From positions 1,106 to 65,105 of the forward strand of contig CAIJZX010000028.1 of NCBI GenBank assembly GCA_903825245.1: 64,000 bases of DNA. Direction: 5' to 3'. Positions within the stretch are counted from its first letter, which is position 1. The number at the start of each line of letters is the position of its first letter. Positions 29,960 to 40,120 of this stretch are shown here, in pieces. The position numbers and the translations under genes were made by a program. The notes under the pieces were generated by a model. It had not been told where the DNA came from, did no database searches, and saw only the letters and a list, made by a program, of their open reading frames with translations. This stretch comes from Candidatus Kerfeldbacteria bacterium (lineage in GTDB: Bacteria > Patescibacteriota > Patescibacteriia > SBBC01 > CAIJZX01).

Positions 29960-30385
29960 ATGAAGAAGATTGTCATATCATCGCTTGTGGTTCTCGCGTT
30001 CGTGGCGTACGTCTTGCGTAGTCGTTTTGGCGGCGATCAGACAGCGACGCCAACCTCAAACGCAGCAGCAACGAATGTCGTCCTTGGTACGCCGCCGGTG
30101 ACCTACAAAGATGGCACGTATACGGGATCAGTGGCTGATGCGTTTTATGGCAATATCCAGGTAAAAGCTATTATTACTGGAGCGAAAATTACTGACGTTC
30201 AATTCTTGCAATATCCGAGTGATCGTAGTAATTCGGTGCGTATTAATACTGTAGCCATGCCACTGCTACGACAAGAGGCGCTGCAGGTGCAGACGGCCAA
30301 TGTCCAAACCATCACCGGCGCGACCGCAAGTAGCGGAGCATTCGTTCAGTCGTTGCAGTCCGCACTCAGCCAGGCACAAGTGTAA
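29960..30385 (+). CDS. extracytoplasmic FMN-binding domain protein (flavinylation substrate)
   Basis: N-terminal signal anchor. FMN_bind pattern DGTYTG...GNIQVKAIITGAKITDV...TITGATASSGAF, with the [S/T]GA[S/T] flavinylation motif TGAT. Confidence 0.65.
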   Translation: MKKIVISSLVVLAFVAYVLRSRFGGDQTATPTSNAAATNVVLGTPPVTYKDGTYTGSVADAFYGNIQVKAIITGAKITDVQFLQYPSDRSNSVRINTVAMPLLRQEALQVQTANVQTITGATASSGAFVQSLQSALSQAQV

Positions 30386-30397
30386 TACAAATTTCAC

Positions 30398-31144
30398 ATG
30401 AAAGAATCACGATCGATGATGGGTATGCCGATCACGATTGAAGGTGTCGACAACAATGCTTGTTTTTCCGACATCGATCAGGCGTTTGCCTACTTTGACT
30501 ATGTTGATCATACGTTCAGCACCTACAAACCGCAAAGCGAAATTTCTTGTATCAATCGCGGTGAACTGAAGTTGGAAGATGCGGGTGATGATATGCAAAC
30601 GATTTTTCGTTTAGCCGAGCAGACGAAACAAGCAACACATGGTTTCTTTGATATCCACCATGGTGATAGTGTTGATCCGTCGGGGATTGTCAAAGGTTGG
30701 GCAATTGAGCAAGTATCGCAACTATTGCAACGGCTGGAATGGAAAAACTTCACGGTTGAAGCGGGTGGTGATATTGCCGTCGTTGGCCACTTCAGCGGGA
30801 CGACGCCGTGGAAAGTTGGTGTTCGTCATCCATTCGAAATCGAGAAAATTGTTAAAGTACTGTCAATTTCCAATCTCGGTGTCGCAACGTCGGGTACATA
30901 TCTGCGTGGACATCATATTTATAATCCACGAAATGGCGACGTTGTCGTCGCTGACATAGCGAGTTTAACCGTCATTGGCCCGAATATTTATGAGGCCGAT
31001 CGTTTTGCCACCGCTGCATTTGCCATGGGCAGTCAGGGGATTCAGTTTATCGAAAACCTAGCGGGATTCGAAGGATACATGATTGATTCGCACGGAACTG
31101 CTACACTGACCACCGGGTTTGACCACTATTGCCTACCGTCATGA
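30398..31144 (+). CDS. apbE: FAD:protein FMN transferase (ApbE/Ftp)
   Basis: GMPITIEG...HTFSTYKPQSEISCINRG...GFFDI...VKGWA...AGGDIAV...GVATSGTY is the ApbE family pattern. Confidence 0.8.
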   Translation: MKESRSMMGMPITIEGVDNNACFSDIDQAFAYFDYVDHTFSTYKPQSEISCINRGELKLEDAGDDMQTIFRLAEQTKQATHGFFDIHHGDSVDPSGIVKGWAIEQVSQLLQRLEWKNFTVEAGGDIAVVGHFSGTTPWKVGVRHPFEIEKIVKVLSISNLGVATSGTYLRGHHIYNPRNGDVVVADIASLTVIGPNIYEADRFATAAFAMGSQGIQFIENLAGFEGYMIDSHGTATLTTGFDHYCLPS

Positions 31145-32661
31145 TGAAATTTGTCGACAACATTCTAAATCGGACGACGATGTATCGTTTGTTGCTCTAT
31201 GTTTTAGGTGCATACCTGGCGATTGGAATGATGTTGAGTTTTGCCGGAAAGTTGCCGTATAACGGTTGGATGGTTCTCCTTTCGACCACGATAGTACTTT
31301 TCGGTTGTTGGTTTTCGAATCTCGTTATGGCCTGGGCGTATGATGCACCGCGACATAATCCATCAGCCTACATCACCGCACTTATATTAGCGCTCATTAT
31401 TTCTCCAATCCGCACGGTCGGCGACCTACCACTGTATTTCTGGGCGCCGATTTTAGCTATGGCTGGAAAATATATCCTGGCATCAGGAAAGCAGCACCTA
31501 TTCAATCCCGCGGCTTTCGCGGTAGCGCTGACAGCGATCGCCATCAATGGTTCGGCGACGTGGTGGGTGGGAAATGTCTGGATGTTGCCGGCGGTGGCGA
31601 TTGGCGGATTTCTCATTGTTCGTAAGATTCGACGCTGGGATGTGGTTGGCGCTTTCCTTGGTATGGCGGCGATTTCCGTCACCGTGTTAGCACTATTCCG
31701 GCACACGCCGATTCTTAACACTTGGAAAGTATTGATTCTTGATGCCCCACTCGTTTTTTTTGCGACCGTCATGTTGACCGAACCCTTCACCATGCCACCG
31801 ACACATCGTTATCGCTTGTTCTATGGCGCTACGATCGGATTGCTCTTTGCACCGCAGTTGCATATTGGTTCCTTGTACTCAACACCAGAATTAGCCTTGG
31901 TCATAGGTAATTTTATATTTTGGTTAATTGCCAGTCGAGATCGTTATGTCTTGAAATTGATTCAACGCGTTCAGTTGTCGGATACGACGTATGATTTTAT
32001 TTTTTCTTCTGATCGACCGATACGCTTTCGGGCTGGACAATACTTAGAGTGGGCGTTGCCGCACGCTAGCAGTGATCAACGCGGCTCACGTCGATATTTC
32101 ACGATTGCTTCCGCGCCGACAGAATCGACTATCCGGATGGGCGTTAAATTCTATCCCCAATCGAGTAGCTATAAACAGACGCTGCGTAAACTTCATCCCG
32201 GGCAAACGATTGTGGCCGGGCAACTCGATGGAGATTTCACACTGCCAAAAGATGTTCATCAGAAGCTCGTGTTTCTCGCGGGTGGTATTGGTGTCACGCC
32301 ATTTCGAAGTATGATTCAGCAACTCATCAACACACAGGAACAACGGGACGTCGTTTTGTTGTTTGCTAATCAACGACCATCAGATATCGTCTACCAAGAT
32401 ATTTTTGATCAAGCTAGCCAGCACAATGGAGTACGCGTCGTACACGTTATTGCCGACGAAGCATCACTACCGCCAATGTGGGGCGGTGAGCGCGGATATG
32501 TCACGGCCGAAATGATCCAACGCCAGGTCCCGGATTATGCGGAACGACTTTTTTACATTAGCGGTCCGCAGGGAATGGTTCAGGCGTATAAAAAAACACT
32601 CCGATCGCTCGGTGTACCGAATCAGCACATAAAGACCGATTATTTCCCCGGATTTTCTTGA
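31141..32661 (+). CDS. membrane oxidoreductase: NqrB/RnfD-like polytopic domain fused to NqrF/FNR-like FAD and NAD(P)-binding domain
   Basis: N-terminal ~270 aa with ~8 TM helices, containing GKQHLFNPAAFAVALTAIAINGSATWW (RnfD/NqrB-like FNPA plus a GSAT site). The C-terminal RFRAGQYLEWALP...RRYFTIASAP...FLAGGIGVTPFRSMI is a ferredoxin-NADP-reductase-type fold. ATG overlaps the apbE stop (ATGA). Confidence 0.6.
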   Translation: MMKFVDNILNRTTMYRLLLYVLGAYLAIGMMLSFAGKLPYNGWMVLLSTTIVLFGCWFSNLVMAWAYDAPRHNPSAYITALILALIISPIRTVGDLPLYFWAPILAMAGKYILASGKQHLFNPAAFAVALTAIAINGSATWWVGNVWMLPAVAIGGFLIVRKIRRWDVVGAFLGMAAISVTVLALFRHTPILNTWKVLILDAPLVFFATVMLTEPFTMPPTHRYRLFYGATIGLLFAPQLHIGSLYSTPELALVIGNFIFWLIASRDRYVLKLIQRVQLSDTTYDFIFSSDRPIRFRAGQYLEWALPHASSDQRGSRRYFTIASAPTESTIRMGVKFYPQSSSYKQTLRKLHPGQTIVAGQLDGDFTLPKDVHQKLVFLAGGIGVTPFRSMIQQLINTQEQRDVVLLFANQRPSDIVYQDIFDQASQHNGVRVVHVIADEASLPPMWGGERGYVTAEMIQRQVPDYAERLFYISGPQGMVQAYKKTLRSLGVPNQHIKTDYFPGFS

Positions 32662-32680
32662 TGCGGTATACTGTGCACCT

Positions 32681-34135
32681 GTGCGACTGATACCACCAAA
32701 ATTCAATCCAAAAACCGTTGTGGTGCTTGCCACAATAGTGTTTATTGTATTCTTTTCCGCCTCGAATTGGTTTCGGCAGGTAAATCTTGTGACCTCGCAG
32801 TTTGACATGGGCAACATGGATCAAGTACTTTGGCACAGTCTCCACGGACAATGGTTCATGATGGCCGATCCGATTGCTGGAGCTCTAGAATCCAGAGCCG
32901 CTATTCACACCGATTTTTTATTGCTGGCCTATATGCCGTTCTATGCACTCTGGCCAGATCCGCGGACACCATTACTCTTGCAAGTCCTGGCGGTAGCTAG
33001 CGGCGTGATACCGTTGTGGTGGTTAGCCAGAAAAAAACTATCACCGCGCCTGAGTGCAATGGTGGCCGTAACATACCTGGCATTTCCGGCACTGGAGTGG
33101 TCGATTATCTTTGATGTTCACGCTGTCGTCTTGGTCACACCACTGTTCTTGTGGGCGTGGTGGGCGGCATCAGAAAAACGATGGTGGCTGTACGGATTGA
33201 CGGTTGGATTAGCGCTGCTCGGCAAAGAAGAAGTTGGTTTGGTGGTGGCAGCCATGGGCGTGTATTGGTTGTGGCGTCGCGGGTATCGCACGATGGGTAT
33301 TGCCAGTGTTGTGGCGGGATTAAGTTGGACGATTGCTATGGTGGAATGGGTAATTCCACATGCTCGCCAATTACCGGGGCACTTCGCACTCAATTATTTT
33401 TCCGATTACGGTTCGTCATACGAAGCGATAATAAAGGGTATTATTCAACATCCGCTAAAAGTTCTTGGCGACGTGTTTGGCAAAACGCAGCTTGAATTGA
33501 TGTTGATGATGCTTGCTCCGGTTGGTTTTGTGGCGCTACTGGGTTGGCCGATCTTGTTGGTGGCGCTACCCGATCTCGGTATTAATCTGCTGAGCAATAA
33601 TGCCAATCAACACACCATCTTTTTTCAATACATGGCGGTCACGACGCCATTTATTTTTTTAGCTGCAATTGATGGTTTAACGAAAGTCGTACGGTGGCAT
33701 GATCGTGGACGAAAAACCCTGTCTGGTTATCGACGGCGTACCGCGATTCTTGGTTTGGCGGCTGGTGTGGCCGTAGCTACCGTGTGGTGGCTTAGTCCAT
33801 TGCCGTTTTTTCACCATGGCGGTGATGCGCTGACGCCGTTCAAAGCATCGCCCTATCTGCAAGACGTGAAAACCGTTCAACGGCAACTGCTCGCTACCGA
33901 TAAAGTCGCGGTGACGAATAATCTTGGACCGCAATTCTCCCGTCGGGAATATATCTGGGCATTTCCGAATTCATTGGATCGGGCCGATGCGGTGATCGTC
34001 CTAACCGGAGGCGCATACGACGTCTTACCGAAAGAGCAAATCATCGCCAAAGTTGCACAGCTGGCGAACGACAGTCGTTTTACGCTCGTTTTGCACGATC
34101 AAGACTTTTGGTATTTCCGACGAGTAGCAAAATAA
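32681..34135 (+). CDS. DUF2079 family polytopic membrane protein
   Basis: 484 aa with many TM helices. The N-terminal DMGNMDQVLWHSLHGQWFMMADPIAG matches the DUF2079 (COG3463) pattern. GTG start. Confidence 0.5.
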   Translation: MRLIPPKFNPKTVVVLATIVFIVFFSASNWFRQVNLVTSQFDMGNMDQVLWHSLHGQWFMMADPIAGALESRAAIHTDFLLLAYMPFYALWPDPRTPLLLQVLAVASGVIPLWWLARKKLSPRLSAMVAVTYLAFPALEWSIIFDVHAVVLVTPLFLWAWWAASEKRWWLYGLTVGLALLGKEEVGLVVAAMGVYWLWRRGYRTMGIASVVAGLSWTIAMVEWVIPHARQLPGHFALNYFSDYGSSYEAIIKGIIQHPLKVLGDVFGKTQLELMLMMLAPVGFVALLGWPILLVALPDLGINLLSNNANQHTIFFQYMAVTTPFIFLAAIDGLTKVVRWHDRGRKTLSGYRRRTAILGLAAGVAVATVWWLSPLPFFHHGGDALTPFKASPYLQDVKTVQRQLLATDKVAVTNNLGPQFSRREYIWAFPNSLDRADAVIVLTGGAYDVLPKEQIIAKVAQLANDSRFTLVLHDQDFWYFRRVAK

Positions 34136-34152
34136 TCATCGTTTTGTAGGTA

Positions 34153-36187
34153 GTGTACATAGCCGCGTGGTATACTGTCTCCATGGTACGAAAAACCATT
34201 ATTATTACGATCGGGATACTCCTTGGACTGGCCTCATGGCGGCTTTTCCCATTATTAACATCGGCGCAAAGCGTTATTAGTATTATCGGTTGCGATCAGA
34301 TCACAAGCCCAGGTACGTATCGTATTGCCAATAATCTGACCACGGTAGGGCCCATTTGTCTTGATATTAAAGGCAACGATATTACGATCGATGGAAACGG
34401 GAAAACCATAACCATGCAAAACGGCGGATCGGCATTGAAAGTAATGATGAACGATCCGAGCGTACCAGCGCAGCGATGGCATAACATTACTGTTAGTAAT
34501 TTCGTTTCCAAGCGGCGATTTTCAAGCGTATGCTGATGTCCATAATATTAGCTTGGATAATCTCACCATAACTGGTGTGAGTGTGCTTGGTTCGCATTTT
34601 GTCAGTATCACAAATTCCACAATTAACGGTGATGTTGGTATTTCTCTCTTGAATCAGGTGGATTCAACAAACATTACCTTTACCGGAAACACGGTAACCG
34701 GTAGTAGCAACCGACTAGCAGTATTCGCTGGTGATGCACACACGATAGGGAATTGCGATACGACCGGTTATACGATTAACAACAATACATTCACAAACAC
34801 GATTCCTGTGGTCGGAGATAATGCGGTCAATGTTTTCCTTTCCTGCACAGAAAATGGTTCGTTCAGTAATAACACGGTGAACTCACCGGGGCAGGCAACC
34901 GGTCTGCTTATCCGCGACGGCTATTCGCATAATACCATGTCCGGAAACACCATCCACGTTAACCAGGCGGTCAATGACTCCAGAGGGGCAATTGCTTTTG
35001 TTTCCGGATCAACGACCGTCGGACCGGCTACCTTCAATACCTTGAGTGGGAACACTGTCATAGCCGATAATGGTAAAGCTTTATTCATGTATGATGCGAC
35101 AGGGACCTCGAACACGGGTACTCTTTTTCAAAACAACCTTTTTGTCTCGAACAGCGGAGCGGGAAGCCAGGAATTCTACACCACCACCGATGCCAGTAAT
35201 CCGAATGTTTTTTCACATAACACTTTTATTGAACATGGGACTGGATATGCCTTTGGTTTTCCTGATGATGGAATGGTCGATGGAATGGAAAACACTGTTC
35301 TTCATGACAATATTTTTGTTGCTGCATCCGGTCCGGTGATTGGCGGAGATACCGCGCCCCGCGCAGGATTCGTTGCCAATCATAATCTCTACTACAATCG
35401 TTCTGGGGCGGCGAGTTTTACTGGTATTGGCAATTTCAATGCTTGGAAAACAGCTACCGGAGATACGTCCTCACTTGAAGCCAATCCGTTGTTCGTTGAT
35501 TACACGAACGGTAATTACCATCTCCAAGCGACCTCGCCGGCGGTTGGTGCTGGCACGGGTGGATCGGATATTGGGGCATATGGAGCGAGCGGATCGTGTA
35601 CCGAATCCTGGTCATGTGGTTCTTGGTCAACCTGCACGAACAACACGCAATCGCGCACCTGCGCGGACGCTAATAGTTGTAATACCTTCGTCAACCAACC
35701 GGCTTTGACCCAAAGCTGTGACAGCACCGCGCCGACGGTGTCTCTTACCGCTCCGACGAACGGCACAACCGTTTCAGCCACGGTTTCCGTAACAGCGACG
35801 GCCAGCGATAACGTCGGCGTCGTCGGCGTACAATTTAAGCTGGATGGCGTAAATCTCGGCAGTGAAGATGCGTCATCGCCCTACAGTGTTAGCTGGAATA
35901 CGACCGGAGCAACCAATGCATCACACACGCTGACTGCAGTAGCGCGGGATGCGGCCGGACTTACGACAACAGCGACGACAGTCATCGTGACCGTCAACAA
36001 CGTCGTTGCTTGTACCGAGTCGTGGTCCTATAGTGCCTGGTCAACATGTGTCAATGGAACACAAACCCGAACCGCGACAGACGCCAACCATTGCGGTACG
36101 ACGGTTAATCGTCAACCGCTGACGCAAAGTTGCAGTTCGCCGGATTTGACGCCGCCGTCTGCGGTTGATAATCTGCAGGTGAGGTAA
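34153..36187 (+). CDS. secreted right-handed beta-helix (pectate-lyase-like) repeat protein with Ig-like and Cys-rich modules; interrupted by a +1 frameshift near 34505-34512
   Basis: Two consecutive ORFs (34153..34536 in frame 1; 34553..36187 in frame 2) both encode parallel beta-helix repeats (NITVSNF / HNISLDNLTITG...NSTINGDVGI...). Frame 2 is open back to 34451, so a single-nt indel joins them. The C-terminus has two copies of the module C(T)ESWSxxxWSTCxNxTQxRTxxDANxC. Confidence 0.5.
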
Positions 36188-36224
36188 ACAGTACTCATTA
36201 ATTCACATCAACTTCCACGCGAAG

Positions 36225-36695
36225 TTGATAGTATTAAGTAATTATTTCATTAATCACCAGGCTATGCAACAAACAACATCGTTTCGAAAACTTATTACGC
36301 TGACATCGGCCATGCTGGGATTATTGTCGGCAGAATTTCTTCTGGGCATGCTGAGCAATCTCTATGTCGAATTTCCTACTACCACAGACCAGCAGACGTT
36401 GATGGATGCAACCTGGAAACATTGGCAAACTGCCAGCCACGCAATTTTGGGTATTCTGATCGTGTTGATAGGATTGTGGCTCGTCATTTTGTCGATCAAA
36501 GCGAAGGTTCGGAGTGTGACTGTTATCAGTGTATTGGCGTTTCTGTCACTTGTTCTGGCCGCGGTTGGCGGCGATCGTTTTGTTCGCACGCAGCATAATG
36601 TCTGGTCGTTGACGATGGCTGTTGGCTTCATTGTGGCTATGGGATTATACGGACGTTTATTAGCGCTCGTGCAATCTGCTACAAACGGTTCATGA
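36225..36695 (+). CDS. hypothetical membrane protein
   Basis: 156 aa, 4 TM helices. Confidence 0.4.
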   Translation: MIVLSNYFINHQAMQQTTSFRKLITLTSAMLGLLSAEFLLGMLSNLYVEFPTTTDQQTLMDATWKHWQTASHAILGILIVLIGLWLVILSIKAKVRSVTVISVLAFLSLVLAAVGGDRFVRTQHNVWSLTMAVGFIVAMGLYGRLLALVQSATNGS

Positions 36696-37048
36696 ATAAA
36701 CACACATCGTTTTATATTTCAGGATTGATTGGCATGGTACTTGGCTTCATATCAGCCAAAACATTTTTTGCTCACTCGTGGACGGCACTGATTCCGTGGG
36801 GTATTGCCGGACTGGCCGTTGGTTTGGCTTCGAAAAATAGAAAATCAGCACTGTGGAATGGTGCGATCTATGGTTTTTTCCTACCAATGAGTTTTACCAT
36901 TTTCGGTTTCCAAGGAAATAACGGCTCAGTACCGGCACTGCTGTTGCTGGCGATCATTCTGGGGGTAATCGGCGCAGGATGTGGGATGGTATTGTCGTTG
37001 ACTGGCAAGAGTGTACGGCGAGAGCGCATGCGGCGTTTTGATATCTAA
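36692..37048 (+). CDS. hypothetical membrane protein
   Basis: 118 aa, 3-4 TM helices. Its start overlaps the upstream stop (ATGA). Confidence 0.4.
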   Translation: MNKHTSFYISGLIGMVLGFISAKTFFAHSWTALIPWGIAGLAVGLASKNRKSALWNGAIYGFFLPMSFTIFGFQGNNGSVPALLLLAIILGVIGAGCGMVLSLTGKSVRRERMRRFDI

Positions 37049-37084
37049 AGAAAAAGCCAGTCGCATGTGCGCTGGCTAGAATCG

Positions 37085-37408
37085 CTAATTGAGCGAGGGC
37101 TTGTCGCTCTGCCACGGAAACACGTCGTGCCACTTGGCCTTGTCGAGATCCTCGAGTTCGCCGGTGGGGACAATGAATTTCGTCTTCGTGGAGATTTGTG
37201 CCGACTCGATGACTGCCGTGAAGTACACGCCGCTGATGCAGCCCATGTTGGCGCTCTCACCCTTGGTGTAGACCGCGCCTTCAAAATCGTCAGTTCTGAA
37301 CGCTCGCTTGCTTGTGCCATTGGCTACCATCTCACGGGCGACAGTGAACAGATGATCCCGCATGATCTTGGTCAACGGGGTACCGCTAGTCATGAGACAG
37401 TAAATCAT
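37085..37408 (-). CDS. hypothetical protein
   Basis: 107-aa ORF starting MIYCLMTSGTPL..., with RBS GGAGGG 5 nt upstream. No family recognised. Confidence 0.4.
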   Translation of the reverse strand: MIYCLMTSGTPLTKIMRDHLFTVAREMVANGTSKRAFRTDDFEGAVYTKGESANMGCISGVYFTAVIESAQISTKTKFIVPTGELEDLDKAKWHDVFPWQSDKPSLN

Positions 37409-37663
37409 CGTAGCCCTCCGTGGAAGTATTGTGGGTATTGAAGGTGCCACTTCGTTGCGGCAACGCTAGCGTACAAACTGATTGTTGTCAAGACGGACTT
37501 TGTTGCTGATGCATGAGGTGTGGGCTTTGGTGTATACTCTTTACATGCCATACCTGATCGCGTTTTTCATCGGTGCATTCGGCGCGAATGGACTGCCGTC
37601 TGTTATGCAACGAAGAACCAGGACAGTGCGGCTTACGCCTTTGACTCGTTCTCACCAACCACA

Positions 37664-38278
37664 ATGACTACACCGACATACACGCGCTCTGATTTTGGGC
37701 CGCGCATTTCTTGGGCAGAGTACGGAATAATTGTAGATCGGTTGGCTAAGAAAGTTGCGTTGTATCTCAAACAGCACCGGATAAACATTGACGCTGTCGT
37801 CCCAATCGGCCGTGCGGGGTACATTCCTGGTACGATTATCGCGTACAAATTGACAACACTTCGCATTGTACCGGTGCAGTATAAATATCTTGACGGTCCC
37901 GGCGGAATCAAGCTGCGAAAGTTGTTTTGGCCATCGCCGGGAAAATTCTCCAAAAAACCCCGCCCGATATTTCTCGTTGTCGAAAATAACCATTGTTTCG
38001 GCACGACGTCGCGGGCGGTCATCGCCGAACTGAAGAAAAGAAATCCTCATTGCCGGATAATCTATGTCGCTGTATTGGCTGACTATTCATATCAGCGCAT
38101 GGAACAAGCGGACGCGGTGCTGTATGGTGAACTAACGAATGAAACAAAAACGTTATTGCCGAAACAAGCAAAAAAATTACGCATCCGCACGTTGTTGTCA
38201 CTCTATCCTTGGGAAAACATCACAGAAGAGATGGCCGCGGTGCAGGGAAAAAAGTACACGTATAGCGCGCCCGTGTAA
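37664..38278 (+). CDS. type I phosphoribosyltransferase-fold protein (Prs/PRTase-like) in NrtR regulon context
   Basis: IFLVVENNHCFGTTSRAVIAELKK resembles a PRPP-binding loop (VLIVDDVxxTGGT) with the acidic pair replaced. It sits next to nrtR-nadM-nadV. Confidence 0.5.
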   Translation: MTTPTYTRSDFGPRISWAEYGIIVDRLAKKVALYLKQHRINIDAVVPIGRAGYIPGTIIAYKLTTLRIVPVQYKYLDGPGGIKLRKLFWPSPGKFSKKPRPIFLVVENNHCFGTTSRAVIAELKKRNPHCRIIYVAVLADYSYQRMEQADAVLYGELTNETKTLLPKQAKKLRIRTLLSLYPWENITEEMAAVQGKKYTYSAPV

Positions 38279-38358
38279 AATCACCGACAGTATGGTGGTG
38301 CGGGGGACGATGTTACGATAAGAGTTATCCACAGGAGGGGACTTGACGTTCTTTATAC

Positions 38359-38379
38359 TTAGTGTAGTATATACACCAT
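38359..38379 (+). promoter_or_regulatory. candidate NrtR operator 1
   Basis: TTAGTGTA-gtata-TACACCAT, overlapping the nrtR start codon. Half-sites are identical to the site at 39087. Confidence 0.45.
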
Positions 38380-39070
38380 GAAGCACTCAAGCCCTGTCCC
38401 GCATGAACTCCGATTCGCCGTTCTAGCCGCTGATGCGGTTATGTTCACGGTCTTTGATGGCCGTTTACACGTTCGGCTGATTCCAGTGCACCTACCGCCG
38501 TACTTCAGCCATCTTGCTGGTATCCCCGGTGGTTTACTGGCGCCAACGGAAACGGCCGATCAAGCTGCAGTGCGGCACGCCACGACCAAGGGCGGCGTAC
38601 TTCACGAACATTTATATCTGGAACAATTGTATACCTTCAGCGCTATCAACCGTGATCCTCGTAATCGTGTGGTGGCAGTGGCCTATCTCGGCCTTGTGCC
38701 GTGGGAAGTGTTAACGAAAACCGCAGAACGGGATACCGCCGCGGCGACCTGGGTTCGTATCGACAAGTTACCGAAACTTGCCTATGACCATCGAGAAATT
38801 ATTCGCGTCGGCCTCGAACGTTTGCGGTCGCGGGTAACCTATACCACAATTATCAAACAGTTGATGCCGAAAGAGTTCACACTGACCGACCTTGAAGTAA
38901 TGTATGAAACCGTATTGGGTCAAGATATTGATAAACGGAACTTCCGCAAAAAAGTATTGAAGACCGGCGTCCTGCAAGTGTTACCTCGTGAACGGACAGG
39001 GGAGCAACACCGCCCGGCAAAGCTCTATCGGTTTCTCAATCGTGACATCGAACCAATCGCGATCATCTAA
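38378..39070 (+). CDS. nrtR: NrtR-family Nudix-related transcriptional regulator
   Basis: N-terminal Nudix fold with a degenerate Nudix box (GIPGGLLAPTETADQAAVRHATTKGGV, catalytic Glu residues lost). The C-terminal winged-helix (TLTDLEVMYETVLGQDIDKRNFRKKVL...RPAKLYRF) is typical of NrtR. Confidence 0.75.
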   Translation: MKHSSPVPHELRFAVLAADAVMFTVFDGRLHVRLIPVHLPPYFSHLAGIPGGLLAPTETADQAAVRHATTKGGVLHEHLYLEQLYTFSAINRDPRNRVVAVAYLGLVPWEVLTKTAERDTAAATWVRIDKLPKLAYDHREIIRVGLERLRSRVTYTTIIKQLMPKEFTLTDLEVMYETVLGQDIDKRNFRKKVLKTGVLQVLPRERTGEQHRPAKLYRFLNRDIEPIAII

Positions 39071-39086
39071 ATTTTTTTATGTTTAG

Positions 39087-39107
39087 TTAGTGTAAGATTT
39101 ACACCAT
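39087..39107 (+). promoter_or_regulatory. candidate NrtR operator 2
   Basis: TTAGTGTA-agatt-TACACCAT, ~70 nt upstream of nadM-Nudix. Confidence 0.45.
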
Positions 39108-39175
39108 TCAAACCAAGCTGGGTCGTCACCGCAACGATACACCTTGGCTGGAGTCAAGGACTTGTCCTTTACAAC

Positions 39176-40120
39176 ATGGAGAATATCATGGACTCGAAGA
39201 ATATCGGTGTCATCGTGGCACGGTTTCAAGTGCCGGAGTTGCACGACGGCCATCGGTACCTGATTGATCACGTTCGTGAGCGCCATGCCCGCGTCCTGAT
39301 CGTTCTCGGGTATTCCGAAGCCCACCTGACCACGCGGAATCCGCTCGATGTAGCAACGCGATTGATGATGGTACAGGCAGCGTATCCCGACGTACGGGTG
39401 GCCAGTCTGCCCGATATGCGCTGCGATCAACTATGGTCGAAGACTCTGGATCATGTAATCAACCAGGAATTCCCCGGATGCTCGGCAGTGCTCTACGGAT
39501 CGCGATCGAGTTTTCTCAGCCAGTATCACGGCCGACATCAATGCCAGGAAATACCGCCGCTGCCGTGTCCGGCAGCAACGGAGGTGCGGGAAACAATTAC
39601 CGCTCCGCTGGATTCGATGGAGTTTCGCCAGGGCGTCATCTATGCCGCTCGTCAAAAGTACCCGACGTCATACCAAACGGTCGATGTCGCGGTGCTGAAC
39701 GGCGATCGAACGAAGGTGCTGATGGCGATGAAGGTCGACGACAACAATCGTTGGCGGTTCATCGGTGGCTTTGTTGATCCGGCTGACGCTTCGCTCGAAG
39801 CAGCGGCCAAGCGGGAAGTAACGGAAGAAACGTCGATGATCGAGACGGATGATTATATCTATCTCGGTTCCTCGCGGGTGTTCGATTACCGTTACCCGCG
39901 CGGCGACGTCGACGCGATCATGACGGCGTTGTTTGCTGCCACGTACATATTTGGTGCGCCCACTCCCAAGGACGACATTGTCCGTTTGGAATGGAGACCA
40001 ATCGATGAGCTGGAGAACACGCTGGTCCCGGAACATCAAGCCTTGGGCGCACAGCTGCGCGCCTATCTCGCCACTGTCAATCACGGAAGGAGCGATCACC
40101 ATGCGACGAAATCGTTCTAA
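39176..40120 (+). CDS. nadM: bifunctional NMN adenylyltransferase / Nudix (ADP-ribose pyrophosphatase), NadM-Nudix
   Basis: N-terminus GVIVARFQVPELHDGH is the archaeal-type NadM (H/T)xGH motif. The C-terminal Nudix box is GGFVDPADASLEAAAKREVTEETSM. Confidence 0.8.
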   Translation: MENIMDSKNIGVIVARFQVPELHDGHRYLIDHVRERHARVLIVLGYSEAHLTTRNPLDVATRLMMVQAAYPDVRVASLPDMRCDQLWSKTLDHVINQEFPGCSAVLYGSRSSFLSQYHGRHQCQEIPPLPCPAATEVRETITAPLDSMEFRQGVIYAARQKYPTSYQTVDVAVLNGDRTKVLMAMKVDDNNRWRFIGGFVDPADASLEAAAKREVTEETSMIETDDYIYLGSSRVFDYRYPRGDVDAIMTALFAATYIFGAPTPKDDIVRLEWRPIDELENTLVPEHQALGAQLRAYLATVNHGRSDHHATKSF

